From the NCBI RefSeq assembly GCF_964355755.1, contig NC_092673.1:3534001-3598000 (forward strand): a stretch of DNA of 64,000 nucleotides, in the 5' to 3' direction. The DNA comes from Antedon mediterranea (lineage: Eukaryota; Animalia; Echinodermata). How positions within the stretch are numbered: position 1 is the stretch's first letter; each line of letters starts with the position of its first letter. The notes beneath the pieces are model-generated. The model had not been told where the DNA came from. It saw only the letters and a list, made by a program, of their open reading frames with translations, and did not search any database. Of this stretch, positions 1-12,014 are shown in pieces. The translations under genes and the position numbers were made by a program.

Positions 1-794
1 CTTTTTTTATCTTCAATCTCTGTTTTCAAGTGTGACACTTTCTCCTTCGTTGCCTCCAGCTCGTTACCTAACGTTACAGAATTCTCATTCAATTTTAACT
101 TCTCCATAGTTAAGTTAGTCAGCTCTCCTTTTGAGCTTTTTAATTCTTCTTCTTTCACTTCCAGTTCATCTTGAACCTTTCGTAAGGCAGCACTTAGTAT
201 CAAAGAGTCTTTTTCATCTACACTCTGATGTTTTCTCAGAGGAAACCTTGTGGCAGAAAAAGATGCGTCTTTATTGAAGCTTTCAGCTATCCGACCATTT
301 ATTACACTGCCCTTAACTGGAGAGTTTTCATCATCTGGTGTGAAAGACCTTCTGGAATTACGAGAAGTCACAGTGTAGACGTCAGGTGGGTTGTGTTGTG
401 GATATTCCCCGATGTCATATTGATGGATGCCAATGGATTGTTTGTGAAGGTTAGTATAACGTGATCTTCTGCTGTTAAGACTTTGAGCTATTAATAACTG
501 CTGCTTAAGTTCCTCAGCAACATTTGACAACTTTTGCAATAAGTTGGGAACATATGTTTCTGATTTGTTCAATAAAGGAGAAGAATATTGCATAGGCTGT
601 GTTACAGTTTTATTAAATTTAGAATCTGGCAGTGTCCACTTTCCAGATATTCCGGTTCCCAATGGCGAAGAGGAATCAATGAAATCACTAAACGTGTGGT
701 CCTTTGTTAAATGTTCACGTAGAGTAAGAAGGTTTTGGAATTCTTTAAAGCCACCACATTTTGGGCAATGATATGGAAGACTTGTTGTTGCCAT
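1..794 (-). CDS. ZNF365/FBXO41-like N-terminal C2H2 zinc finger plus coiled-coil protein (partial, continues beyond left edge)
   Basis: ATG at 794 (minus) after a ttttttcag acceptor (exon starts 816). It reads MATTSLPYHCPKCGGFKEFQNLLTLREHLTKDHTF, matching the LPYxCPxCG..F..L..LR.HL...H motif of FBXO41/ZNF365. The same frame gives heptad-like LQKLSNVAEELKQQLL and, at the left edge, LEATKEKVSHLKTEIEDKK. Its absence from the ORF track fits a frame with no in-window stop. Confidence 0.75.
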   Translation of the reverse strand, partial: MATTSLPYHCPKCGGFKEFQNLLTLREHLTKDHTFSDFIDSSSPLGTGISGKWTLPDSKFNKTVTQPMQYSSPLLNKSETYVPNLLQKLSNVAEELKQQLLIAQSLNSRRSRYTNLHKQSIGIHQYDIGEYPQHNPPDVYTVTSRNSRRSFTPDDENSPVKGSVINGRIAESFNKDASFSATRFPLRKHQSVDEKDSLILSAALRKVQDELEVKEEELKSSKGELTNLTMEKLKLNENSVTLGNELEATKEKVSHLKTEIEDKK

Positions 795-2068
795 GGTAAA
801 CCCAAATTAATCATATCTGAAAAAAATGTATTATAATTAATAGGATGTAGGCCAAGCAGCTAGAATTAGATATTAGTAGTACAGTATTAATAATAATAAT
901 ATTAATAATTAATATATTATTAATAATTATATTTTATTTTAGAATAATTATGTTAGATCAATATTCACCTAACAATAAGTTTAATCTAAATTTAACACAT
1001 CTTCTAGAAAATCACCTAGATTAGGCCTATGCCTAACTCTCACACCCAATGGAAGGATACAATCCCACCCTGCACAATATCGATGTGGCTGGCAGCCTCT
1101 ACTGAGTTAACTGTGGTCCACGGTCTAGCTCTAGTTAGGGCCTAGGCCTAGCTAATATAACGACATTTCAGTAATTTAAAACATTGGTTTTATAAGCAAC
1201 CTGTCATAAACAGTAAAACGCAAACCTCTTTAATACAGGTCAAAATATTAGTAGCTGTCTTTATCTTCTACTGCATAAAAATTAAGAATATTATCAGCAT
1301 ACGTACGTTGGCAACAACCTCTCGCTTGAGTTTGTTTTTGATTTTGTGTTTTTACGATCAGAAGTTACTTCAACTGCAAGGTGGCGCTCTTGTGTTTGTT
1401 TTTATTCATTCATGTGGACTGAAACTTTTGATTATGAGATTTATTTAAAATATTTATAAAAAAAGCTTTTTAATTTTTAAAAAAAATTCAAAAAATCTAT
1501 CTATCTAATCTAAGTTAAAGAATAAATCAATAATAATTCAGGTGAAATTATCTTTTCATTCAGAAATGGCCGCACTCGATAAATATAATATTATTATTAA
1601 TATTGTTATATATTAATATTTTGAAGGCCTATTTATTTTCAAATAGACAAAATAAATAAAATGAATACATTTCTAAATAAAATTAATGATAGATAAAATT
1701 AAAGTAATAATTTACTATAGAATAAAATGATATTCAATTCTCTAGGCTATATAATGCAGTCAATTAAAATCCAAGAAGATAAAAGTATACCCTTACCCTT
1801 ACCCGCATCTCATTCTCTACTCTACTACTATCGACTAGTATTTTTATGACCAATTATCAATTAGGATGGAAAATTGTTGTAACTTTTGTACTATTCCGTA
1901 GTAAACAGTTTCGGAGGCGTAATGAGTGACAATTACATCTTTAATTGATTTAGAAATAGAATCGATTGTTAGAATGATTTATCTCTCACAAAAACAAGAA
2001 GTACCACTTTGGTACCACATTGGTGGTCTGCTCGTTGGTGGCGCAATTCACTGTTTGTTTGTTTCAAG

Positions 2069-4676
2069 ATGGCGACTTACATAGAAGAAACGAAAAAGCA
2101 TTTCCAGAGTAATGGAAGAACAAAAGAAATGTCTGCACACAATGCAAAAGTGCATTCTGTAGCATGGAGTTGTGATGGTAGAATGTTAGCGTCTGGGTCT
2201 TTTGATAAAACTGTTGGATTATTCACTTTGGAAAAAGATAAAATTGTAAGTCTAGGCCTAGTAGGCCTAGGCCCTATATGCTAGCTAGTACAGTAGTAGT
2301 AGCAGAGACCACACACACGTTTCCTCTCTATTTCAACTTACCAAGTCCGGCGCGACATGGACGGCTTTGATTTGGTTGCATGTAGCAAACATTTGAGCAT
2401 AGGCCTAGCCCCAGAAAACTTTTGCACGCAACCTTAAGTATAATATGTACTCACATAAATCCATTTAATGTATCATATTATGTATTATAAAATAATGTTT
2501 TCATTTTTATTTTATAAAAGGCTAATTTAATTAAATAAAAATAAAATAGGCCTAGGCCTAGGCTATCCGGCTAGCCTACTGTAGCTAGTTAATAAATATT
2601 GATTGTGATTAAAAAGGTTATTCCAGGTTAAACATGATGAGATACATTTTGTATTTGTAGAGACTTGAGACAACTTATAGAGGACATACAGACAGTGTGG
2701 ATCAACTATGTTGGCACCCTTCGAATCCTGAACAGTTTGTAACAGCCTCAGCAGACAAGACTATCAGGATCTGGGATGTCAGGTCTTCTAAATCAGTGGC
2801 AGCTGTCAATACCAAAGGTATAATCAATCGTTATATCAGAGGACATTCTGGTGGATGTTTTTTTTAAATGGTAGCCTGGAGAGAAAACTGAAAGAAAAAC
2901 CTAGTATAAATAGAATTACCTACTACTAGTACTAATCAATCTATAGTCTTGTCTTTATCAAACTAGTTTTGACAAAAAAATGTGATGTGCCCAAATATAG
3001 TAGAGTAATATACCCAAATATGGTAGTGGTATGATGTCATCATTTCCATACATGAGCACATCACATCAGATAAAGTTTGACAGTGTAGACAGACTTTTAA
3101 ACCTTAAATCTGATGATTTAAAAATGTTTTGTTTTGTATCTTTACTATCAAACTTTATGTGACATGATGATGATTTCATATCACTACTATATTTGAGCAT
3201 ATCACTACCATATTTGGAAACATCTTTTTTTGTCAAACTAGTTTGATAGTGTAGAGCTTTTACATTTGTTTTCTCAGGAGAAAATATCAACATCTGTTGG
3301 AGTCCAGACGGGCATACCATTGCAGTAGGAAATAAAGAGGACTTGGTTACGTTCGTTGATGCCAGAACACATAAACCAAAAGCAGAAGAACAATTCAAAT
3401 ATGAGGTCAATGAAATATCATGGAACAATACAAATGACCTTTTCTTCTTGACCAATGGCCATGGCAATATTAATATTCTTAGGTATGTTATATTATTACC
3501 TCATAACAAACTTTTTATCATGGCTGCTAACTACTAACATTCTTCAGAAACATGCTAAATGTGATAAAACACATATATATTATTGACCAATGCTGTATAA
3601 TTTATTGATAATAAAACGGATGATACTAGTTGAAAAAATTGCACAATTGGTGGAAATTCATTTAATGTGCCATTAAATATTGAGGTATTATTCACTGATA
3701 TAAATTTGGTGATATTGGTGGGAAATAAAAGAGCAATATCTATGTTGAATATTCAGTAGTATTTTAACATAATTATATACATTGAAAGTCTTCTTCTTCT
3801 TTTCTAGTTATCCAGAATTAAAACCACTAACAATGCTACGAGCTCATCCAGCAAATTGTATCTGTATAGAGTTTGACCCTACAGGTAAATACTTTGCTAC
3901 TGGCAGTGCAGATGCTCTGGTTAGCCTCTGGGATGTTGCTGAACTTGTTTGTATACGCACATTCTCCAGGTAATTCATTTGCTTGTTGCCGATATATTTG
4001 ATAATTCATTTGCTTGTTGCCGATATATTTGATAGATATTAATGTCCAGTCCAGAATTATCCCCAGTGACCTTGTAAAATAGATGGGCTTTTTTGCCATA
4101 AGATTGACCGTCACTATTTCAGAACTAAAGCTATGAAATATGATTTTGATATATTACGATTAATATTGTAAGTATTTTGTGCATGCTTACCTGGATAAAC
4201 CGACATTATACCCCTCTCTGTCTGAAGAGCGGATACAATTTAATTAAGAAAAGAGAAAATCCTTTGAGCACCCCTATAGGATAATGATAAACTTTGCTCT
4301 TTAAGGTTGGATTGGCCTGTAAGAACAATAAGTTTCAGTCATAATGGCAAATTGTTGGCATCAGCATCTGAGGACTTGTTAATTGACATTGCTGAAGTTG
4401 AGACTGGTAAGATTAGTTTCAACCTTAAACAATTTTTTTGCGGCGACACGACTCGTCTTACGACACTGTTTGAGTTGGCCTTTACTAACGTGATCAAAAT
4501 TGTCTTTGTATGTAGGAGAGAAAGTTGCAGAAGTTTCCATTGAAGCGCCATCATTCACCATTGCCTGGCATCCGTCACGATATTTACTCGCTTTTGCTTG
4601 CGAGGATAAAGACAAATATAATAGAGATAGAGACGCAGGAACAGTTAAACTGTTTGGCTTGCCAAGTGATGTTTGA
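2069..4676 (+). CDS. THOC3: THO complex subunit 3 (TEX1 homolog), WD40 repeat protein, 320 aa
   Basis: GT-AG exons 2069-2245, 2661-2817, 3278-3482, 3808-3969, 4306-4406 and 4516-4676 (963 nt, phases consistent). Peptides include AHNAKVHSVAWSCDGRMLASGSFDKTV, GHTDSVDQLCWHP, QFKYEVNEISWN, AHPANCICIEFDPTGKYFATGSADALVSLWD, LDWPVRTISFS and the ending DAGTVKLFGLPSDV*. Confidence 0.97.
2945..3258. mobile_element. Two adjacent copies of Harbinger-like MITE family A (THOC3 intron 2)
   Basis: Degenerate TIR gctctgtctacactatcaaact...agtttgatagtgtagacagagc with internal atatggtagtgatatg motifs. Copies lie at ~2945-3095 and ~3138-3258 in opposite orientation. Confidence 0.8.
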
Positions 4677-5294
4677 AATTAATTGGACAGTATGTATACG
4701 CCAAAAGTGTGGCAATGGATGGGAAATAAAAACCGGTTTCTGTGACTATAAATAGACAACTTGTTCATAAGGGATGCAGGAACATTTAAACCAAGTAGTA
4801 TTTTGTTTGTCGAAGGATGGGAGCTTTGTAGTAGATAAATAATTTGATTCAAGATACAGGAGATGTTATATATGATATATTAAAAACCAGTTTCACTGAA
4901 TAAATAAATAATTTATCATTGTGTTAAAAGTTGGGATATATGCAAAAAGAGGTACAAGAAGGATACCATAACACGAAAGTCATGGTCAAAGATGATGGAC
5001 CGCTATGATAGAGGAACTCTTAGTAAGTTTGCATTCTACACGGTATACACACGTTCTACTCAAGCATGGACTAGTATCAATAATCTCACATCTTTATTGA
5101 AGAAGAAACGTATTTTACGAGATTTTTTTTACAAAAGAGGCCACAATAGATTAATTTTCTGTTGCAGTTTGAGGTTCATAACGAAAACTTTTACCAGGTG
5201 TCAAATTTATTTATGTACATTTGAATAAATTTTTTATACAGAATAATGTCATAATATTTCTATTTTTTAAAATTTATAGTATGTTATTACAAGA

Positions 5295-8200
5295 TTATTT
5301 CAAAATCATGACAGTAACTAACAAAACGCTAATGACCATCAAAATCGAAGTAATAGAAAACATAGGTCTAGAATTATCAGATATTGGATTTTCTTCTGCC
5401 TCAACTATAATATCGTTCAGCTCAGACGTACATTCAAACCGCCTATCATTATAGTAGTATTGAGGAGGACAGATACAATCAAAATTGACCGGGTCATGGA
5501 CCGCCTTCTCAGGGCAACCAGCGGCAATGTACCCAGCTTGTTTGAGATGTTCTTTATCGGCGTCGTCTGTCAGGGATCTCCTTTTGCGGTCTTTCACGGT
5601 GATCTCTGAATTCTCACCTATTAGGTGCTTGGTTAGGATGGTTTTGTGTTCGATGCTTCTTTTCTTTCTTGTGACGTCTTTGTCCATCAACCTGTAGACC
5701 GTGGTTATAGTGTAGTTGCTCTTCATTCCAGATAATGCAAGATTTGTGAAGATTGATCTATGAAACGGCACTGAAAAAAAAAATTTATTTAACATTATTT
5801 TGTTATTTCAATATCACAGAAATGAAGTGGGAAAAAACCAAGGGACCCGTTAATGTGGTTTCTTAAAGCTTGGTTTCAGCTTGGTTTCCACTTACCCGCA
5901 ACGCAAATGTTTACCGTTACGATGATCCATCTTGACTCGATTGATCAAATTACTTGCGTTTACGTCATTGCGTTAGGTTTTTAGCTTAAGCTTGGTTCCC
6001 ACTAGAACGTAACGCAAGGACGTAAGCGCAACGCAAGCGTTTTAACCAATGACAAGCGAAGTTATAGACAGTTAGCAATCACAAGCGAATAAGCCATCGC
6101 TTTTGATTGGTCAATTCACGCCTGTGTCCCCACTAGAGACGCACGGACGTAACGCAACGTAAGTGATTTGACCAATCACAAGCGATGGATTGTTCGAACA
6201 ATCGCTTGTGATTGGTCAACGTGCCTACGTTGCGTCTACGTCATGCGTTGCGTCTCTAGTGGGAACAAAGCTTTAGAGCCTCCGTTAAAACCAATCTGCC
6301 TATATACAAATTGTGTCACCACAGATTATAAACTGATCACTCACCTTCCAGTGTTACTCCGTCAGCTCTTTGAATATATTCGTGTGAATCGATCAGTTGC
6401 GTGACATCTCCAATTAAGTCATATGAGCTGTAGTTTGCGTACATAAACTCACTGTCCTTGTACGCAACGTAACGTTCACTTTGTGGCGCTTGTAGACATC
6501 CCTACAAACAAACATGTATAATGAATTACACTACAGCTTGTTTCCCTCTTGGAGCCAACGCGTCTACGACGTAGGCGGAACGCAAGTGAGTTGACCAATA
6601 AAAAGCAGCAGTCGAATAAATCCATCACTTGTGATTGGACAAATCTGTTGCGTTGCGTTACGTCGTTGTATTGCGTCTCAAGCCTAATATGAAGATTCAG
6701 CACGCACGTAATTGAAACTAAATACACACATTTGGTAGTTATATTAAAGGTGCTCTTTTGACCAGCAATATTGTGAAATTTATGGAGGCACACCCGCCCT
6801 ATAAATATTGCACACCATCCGGTAATCTTGGTTCCCACTAGCGACGCAACGCAAGAACGTAAAGCAAAGATCAATCACAAGCGAGGGATTATTCGAACTC
6901 ACTTGCGTTGCTTCTACGTCATTATTGTGTTGAGTCTCTATAGTGGGAATCGCGCTTTAAACTTTGTTCCCACTAGAACGCAACGCAAACGAGATGACCA
7001 ATGAAAAGCGGCAGTCGAATAAATCCATCACTTGTGATTGGACAAATCCGTTGCGTTACGTCGTCGTGCTGCGTCTCTAGTGGGAACCAAGCATAAGAGT
7101 TTACGTACATGAGGGTATTTGTCTTCAGTGTATTTTTCGCCGACACAGACCATAAACAATGTCAATTCCAAGGTGAAGCTATCACGCAGTAGGGCTGGTG
7201 AGAATTTTACATCCATCGTTACAACTTCCTTGTGCCCAACACCTCTGATCGCCTCTGGTACGTTCAAAGCATCACTATTAACGCCTAGAATGAAAAAGAA
7301 ATACGTACGAATAATATAATGGTGGATTTTCGTACGAGTAGGCCTATAGGCCTACTTAAAGATGTATTGTCCCAAAAACATTAAAAATGAATATTAATTG
7401 AATCAGACTTTGAATAGGTTATTTTGTAGTTGTAATCAAGTTTAATCACTTCCGTACAAAAAATAATGTTTTCACTCATAACATAGCAAATGGTTAAATG
7501 AAAAAATCCAAATGGCTGGCAGCCAATTTGACCATTTCTTTTGCTTTGAACTGCAGTTTTCCAGGTAAATAAATTTTATGTAGATCCAACTATTATGTGA
7601 CATGAAAATGTCAAATGATTTTAGAAATTTTTCGGGGACATCTTTAATTTTGGGATTACGTATGTACTAACCAGTCAATGCAATAAGCATAATGGTAATG
7701 GAATCTGCTTCTTCATCACGAATAAATATTGTCGTTTGTATTGTGATGACGGTAGACACCTTGACGTCCCTATCTATGATGTTACATGTTGCGGTATTGA
7801 TGACGTCATCGACGGGAGCGTCACATTCATTCAGATCGAATACAAAATCAAAGGTACCACTAGCATCTATCGGTATCTCGTTGGTAAAATCTTCCAATGG
7901 TACGTCGATATCCAGTAAAATTGTGAAATCCCAAGTCTGAAAGAAAAATGGAATGGAGTAAACTCACTTTTAGCATCAGCTGTCCGCAGGCGCACGCTTA
8001 ATAATACAGATTCCTAGAGCGCTAAAAAGGTGTTCAAGACGCTAAAAAGACGCTCCTCAAGACGCTAAAAGGACGCTCCTCAAGACGCTAAAAAGAATCT
8101 CCTCAAGAGGCTAAAAAGACGCTCCTCAAGAGGCTAAAAAGACGCTCCTCGAGCACACGAAGACAGTGTCACAGAAGCTCGAACCAACATGGTCGAACGT

Positions 8201-10701
8201 CTCTCGAGATCGACGGGTCTCCCCAAACTTGCACAACTCAAAATCATTTTAACTCACCTGGTGGCATTGAAGTGAAGTTCCGGTTTGTCTATCGTACTGG
8301 AAATCACAAGGCGGTGCCTCACCAATAGTGGTACCTGGGTGCTCTTCTACCGCCGATATTTGATGCTGTATGTTTTCTGGAAGGAATGAAACACCATCTT
8401 CCGTGTAAACTGCCATTTGTTTGTCCGAGTCGACAACGGTTGTAAACCTTGAATAAAAAACATTTAAACGAGTAATTAATGTTTGCAAACTAGTTGCATA
8501 ATAATAGCTTCCGCGTGATACAGTTTCCTAATGATTCAGTCCTCTTGCATATAACTGCCTAAAGGCGCGGCGCCAAAAAACAATTCCTGGTACTAGAGTT
8601 AATGTTGGCAAAAAATAGACCTATATAAGCAACAGTAGGCCTATATTATGAACTGCGTTAATTCCAATATTCTAAATTAGAGCGACACCATAAGGTGGAT
8701 TTAATCTCGGAACCCAGTTTGTTTCTAGACGGTCATTGTGTAGAACGGTCAAACGCACCTCAGTTTTAGTCTTGCTTTGTCGGGGATTGCTTCACCATCT
8801 TCGTCAAATACTGCTGAGACTCTTACAAAGTCTACTTTAGGCCACAAAATGGCAGTTGAACTTACGATCACCTATAAAAAAAAAATTCATTTGTATAACA
8901 TTTAACAGATACCTAAAAAACCATGCAGTAGGTTCTGGTGTTGATATGTTTTCACAAAGTTGGACAGACGCGTCTCGTAACTTTACATATAATAAACAAA
9001 AAATGTTACGCCTTACGTTTGCGATAGCAGTTCGACTAATTCTCCAAATAAGTTCCGCATGACTTTGTACAAATGCTATACCGTCTGTTGCAGTAGATAC
9101 GTCCTTCGGTCTGACGTTGGTCATGTATAAATTGGTTCTGTACTCAATCTCATCATCCTCGGCTGCAGACGTCAATTCCCAAATCGAGTATGCATTGGTG
9201 TTTTCGCAGGCAAAAAACACCTCCATGCCGATAGATGCCACCATTACGTCCGTACGTCGATTATTGTCTAAAATCGAAATCAAAGCAAATGTTATATTGT
9301 CACATGCTCTGTCCACATTATCAAACCGTGATATGCCCATATATTGAAACGATGACATCAGTACCATGTTTGGGCACATAACATTTGTTGTCAAACTAGT
9401 TTTATAGTGTAGACAAAGGTTTAGAAAATTTACATAAAATAATATAGTCAACTCGCATCGCAACGAACCTATTCAGGAACTATTGTTTGGCAAAGGTTAT
9501 ATGGGCTCATACGCAGACAGACATACGTATCTTACCGTCAAGTGTAAGGCCTCTTGTAAAAGATGTGTACAATTGTTTGCCGTTCACAGTTAGTTCTGCA
9601 GTCGTCTGGTCTTGGAAATAATCGTCACTAAAATAATCATCAAAATCCGCACTTTCAAAAACAGCTGAACAATTCCCAGTATTCTTCGCATTTAACCGTC
9701 CTACAAAGACAATGAAATAAACCGGTATTATTTAAGTATATCAATTTATTAGAGAGATCATAGTGATTCCTTTAAAATGTACAAACATGTGATTTGTATA
9801 ATGATACAACTAATTATGTTCGATAATCAACAGGTGAAATTTAAAGTTGAGATGTTAAAAAGAAAAAACACTCGTTGGAAAAAGATTTTTTCTAAAACTT
9901 AAATTGTTCGAGGTTCACGCAAGTTTTAAAATGTTCAGTGGTATTTAAATCTAGTTTGATACCACTTTTACTACATGCTGGATTTAATAACGAAAATGAA
10001 GAAAATTAATATGAAATAGTTATGAAAGTGTAAAAACAAGTCTATAAAAAAACATTACCAGTTGCTTCTACTATGGGTAATCGATTCATATTCATTAAAT
10101 ATGGTTCAAAGTCAAGCAGCCAGTATTCTGGAATGGTTGCTGTATTTTCTACGTTGATAACCAAATCCAGATTACCATTGTCTACGTTGAAATTATCCAG
10201 TGTTGCTTGACCCATATCTTAAAAAAGACAAGTAATAAGAAATATTTATTACAAAAAAAAAACCGCCGCTCATCTCACGTTAACTACAGTTTACCATGCA
10301 TCTCAATATTTATCAGCAAATTTTCATGGACTCTCTTGTCGCAGACGTTATTTGGGGTATGCACATGCCCAGTCCGAATTTCCAAATACCCATTTTCCCG
10401 CCGTAGTAAACTATAAGCTACCGCAAGGTACGGTTTCCTAATGCTTCAGTTCTGCTGCCTAAAGGAGCAGCGCGAAAATCGAACCGCCACACACGAAACA
10501 AGTTGTATTTTATATAAACCGCGATTGAAGAAGAATCGGGGACTAATTTATGGGGGACTAACTTATTATCGTTAAAACGAATTGAAATCACAAACCTTGG
10601 AATCTATTATCCTCGTTGTTAGCAGATATATCATCGCCGAACACAGCCCAAGCAACTTGCAGATTTAATACTGCTAACAGAATAACCACCAACTTGTACA
10701 T
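5295..10701 (-). CDS. Secreted/membrane-anchored extracellular protein resembling the FRAS1/FREM2 C-terminal region, 685 aa
   Basis: Ten GT-AG exons: 10701-10596, 10217-10059, 9700-9536, 9267-9017, 8871-8759, 8447-8258, 7936-7672, 7284-7109, 6501-6345, 5770-5295 (2058 nt, open throughout). It has a signal peptide MYKLVVILLAVLNLQVAWA, two furin sites RKKR and RKRR, a Cys motif CPE..DCICPPQYYY..FEC, and a hydrophobic C-terminus MFSITSILMVISVLLVTVMILK. The gene model is high confidence; the family assignment is moderate. Confidence 0.85.
5866..6272. mobile_element. Cluster of MITE family B copies (Harbinger-like)
   Basis: TIR agcttggttcccactag...ctagtgggaac(c/a)aagct with internal cgcaacgcaag and caatcacaagcg motifs. 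Several nested or truncated copies are present. Confidence 0.8.
6535..7093. mobile_element. Further MITE family B copies (~6535-6680, ~6827-6957, ~6960-7093)
   Basis: Same TIR and internal motifs as 5866-6272, 44490-44669 and 60426-60766. Confidence 0.75.
7360..7643. mobile_element. Kolobok-like MITE family C
   Basis: TTAA|agatgtattgtccc...ggggaca(atac)atct|TTAA. Homologous to 16161-16482 and 57291-57612. Confidence 0.8.
8017..8150. repeat. 23-bp tandem repeat (aagacgctaaaaagacgctcctc) x~5.5
   Basis: Direct inspection. Confidence 0.85.
9304..9420. mobile_element. MITE family A copy
   Basis: gctctgtccacattatcaaac...aaactagtttttatagtgtagacaaag. Confidence 0.75.
10262..10480 (-). repeat. Interspersed repeat family D (related pieces at ~8500-8585 and 33232-33470)
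   Basis: The reverse complement matches 33232-33470 (gcggtagcttatagtttactacggc...atgggtatttggaaa.tcggactgggcatg...tttgctgataaatattga). Confidence 0.75.
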
Positions 10702-10749
10702 TATATAGGCCTACGACAAAGATAAACTATACTTTCAACAAAAAAATGA

Positions 10750-11720
10750 TCCGCACAGACCAACTACAACTGAACAATTCAACTCGTGTGATCTGCTATC
10801 AAATACTTTGTACATGCAAGATATGCATAGGTACGCCCTCGGATGTTAGTTAATTTGCATATATAATTACGCACTCAGGTGGTGAATGTGTAAAGGAATT
10901 CTGCGTTCAGGACAATTTTCGAAGCGTTACAGAACCGCAGAGCCTGACGGACTGCTTCTCATGTTATCAACATTTTGATATAGGGGACACATTTCGGTAT
11001 AAGCCTAAATGTCGTCATTACGTCATAACTGTTGATGCCACAAACTGTGACTCCTCTTTTTTTAATGCTTTTGCTATGATACAACATAACACGGCTATTG
11101 AATCAAAGTTGTATAATGGTAGGCTTTACTTTCATTTTTTTTTCTTGTGGGGTGAAAATATTACAATAGCCATCATCACATAAAGGAATTATTTAGATAA
11201 ATAAACGCCAGCGGCAATACCGCATCCTTTATCTTCATTGCTATCACCAATGGAAAATGATAGCCATAATCAACAACAACAACATGTGAACTATTCTTCA
11301 TTAATAGCAGCACCATCGTATACAATAATGTTTTTAATTAAATGTATTATTATAAAAGATGGAATCTTTATATAGAAGTATATAGATGGGACAAAAACAT
11401 ACTTGTCGCCCTCTATAAGTTTTTCTTACGGTCGCGTGAACTACGACAACCGCCGATGACGAATTTTAGTAAATATACGCTGGGCATGCGGAGTGGTTGA
11501 AAGGTGAGTGATGTTTTGGTTTCTCAATCGGCATATGCATCAGCAGTACAAACGGTGACCTCAAATAAAAGGCCCCTCGGTGGTCGCTATAGTGAGTTTG
11601 ACGTCATTATGTTACGTCTGACAATGGTTGTAGGAGTCAGCCAAGATTAGAGTGTAGGCTTGGCTTTTGTTGTAGTAGGGAGATGTGTCAGGGAGGGTAT
11701 TGCTTGTCATAAGCAGGTAA
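10750..11720. promoter_or_regulatory. Probable divergent promoter region of the FREM-like gene and INPP5A
   Basis: CpG-richer stretch between head-to-head genes, with an octamer ATTTGCAT at ~10853 and a CRE TGACGTCA at ~11599. Strong orphan donors after 11503 (aag|gtgagt) and 11716 (cag|gtaagg) suggest non-coding first exons. Confidence 0.45.
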
Positions 11721-11978
11721 GGTTAAGTTAATTCTTGCAAGGCACTGGAGTACTTACTTTGTAGGCCTAGGTAGAGATTCTCATGGCATTGATTGCAACT
11801 ATTTTCATTCATTGATACAGTCATTCATATGGTTAGTTAAGTTAGTGAGGGAGAAGCTGATCCCTACCTGCCAGTGACTTTACGAACCAGTTGTTTCTAA
11901 TGACTAAGTACAGTACTTATTTACAGAGAGAGCCTAGCTAGCCTTCACAGGACGGGCCTATTTCTCCATTGCCTGGCA

Positions 11979-12014
11979 CATGGAGGTATAAAAATAGATT
12001 TTTATACCTCCATG
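11979..12014. mobile_element. 36-bp palindromic P-element-like remnant (excision footprint) with 8-bp TSD
   Basis: gcctggca|catggaggtataaaaat-ag-atttttatacctccatg|gcctggca: perfect 17-bp inverted arms inside a perfect 8-bp direct repeat. Confidence 0.8.

Noticed and set aside
3066-4615. Minus-strand ORFs over THOC3
   Set aside because: Antisense shadows of THOC3 exons and MITE sequence.
8837-9463. 208-aa ORF as a single gene
   Set aside because: Only 9267-9017 is an in-frame exon. The N-terminal part is MITE-A and intron; the C-terminal part is intron and an out-of-frame overlap with the next exon.
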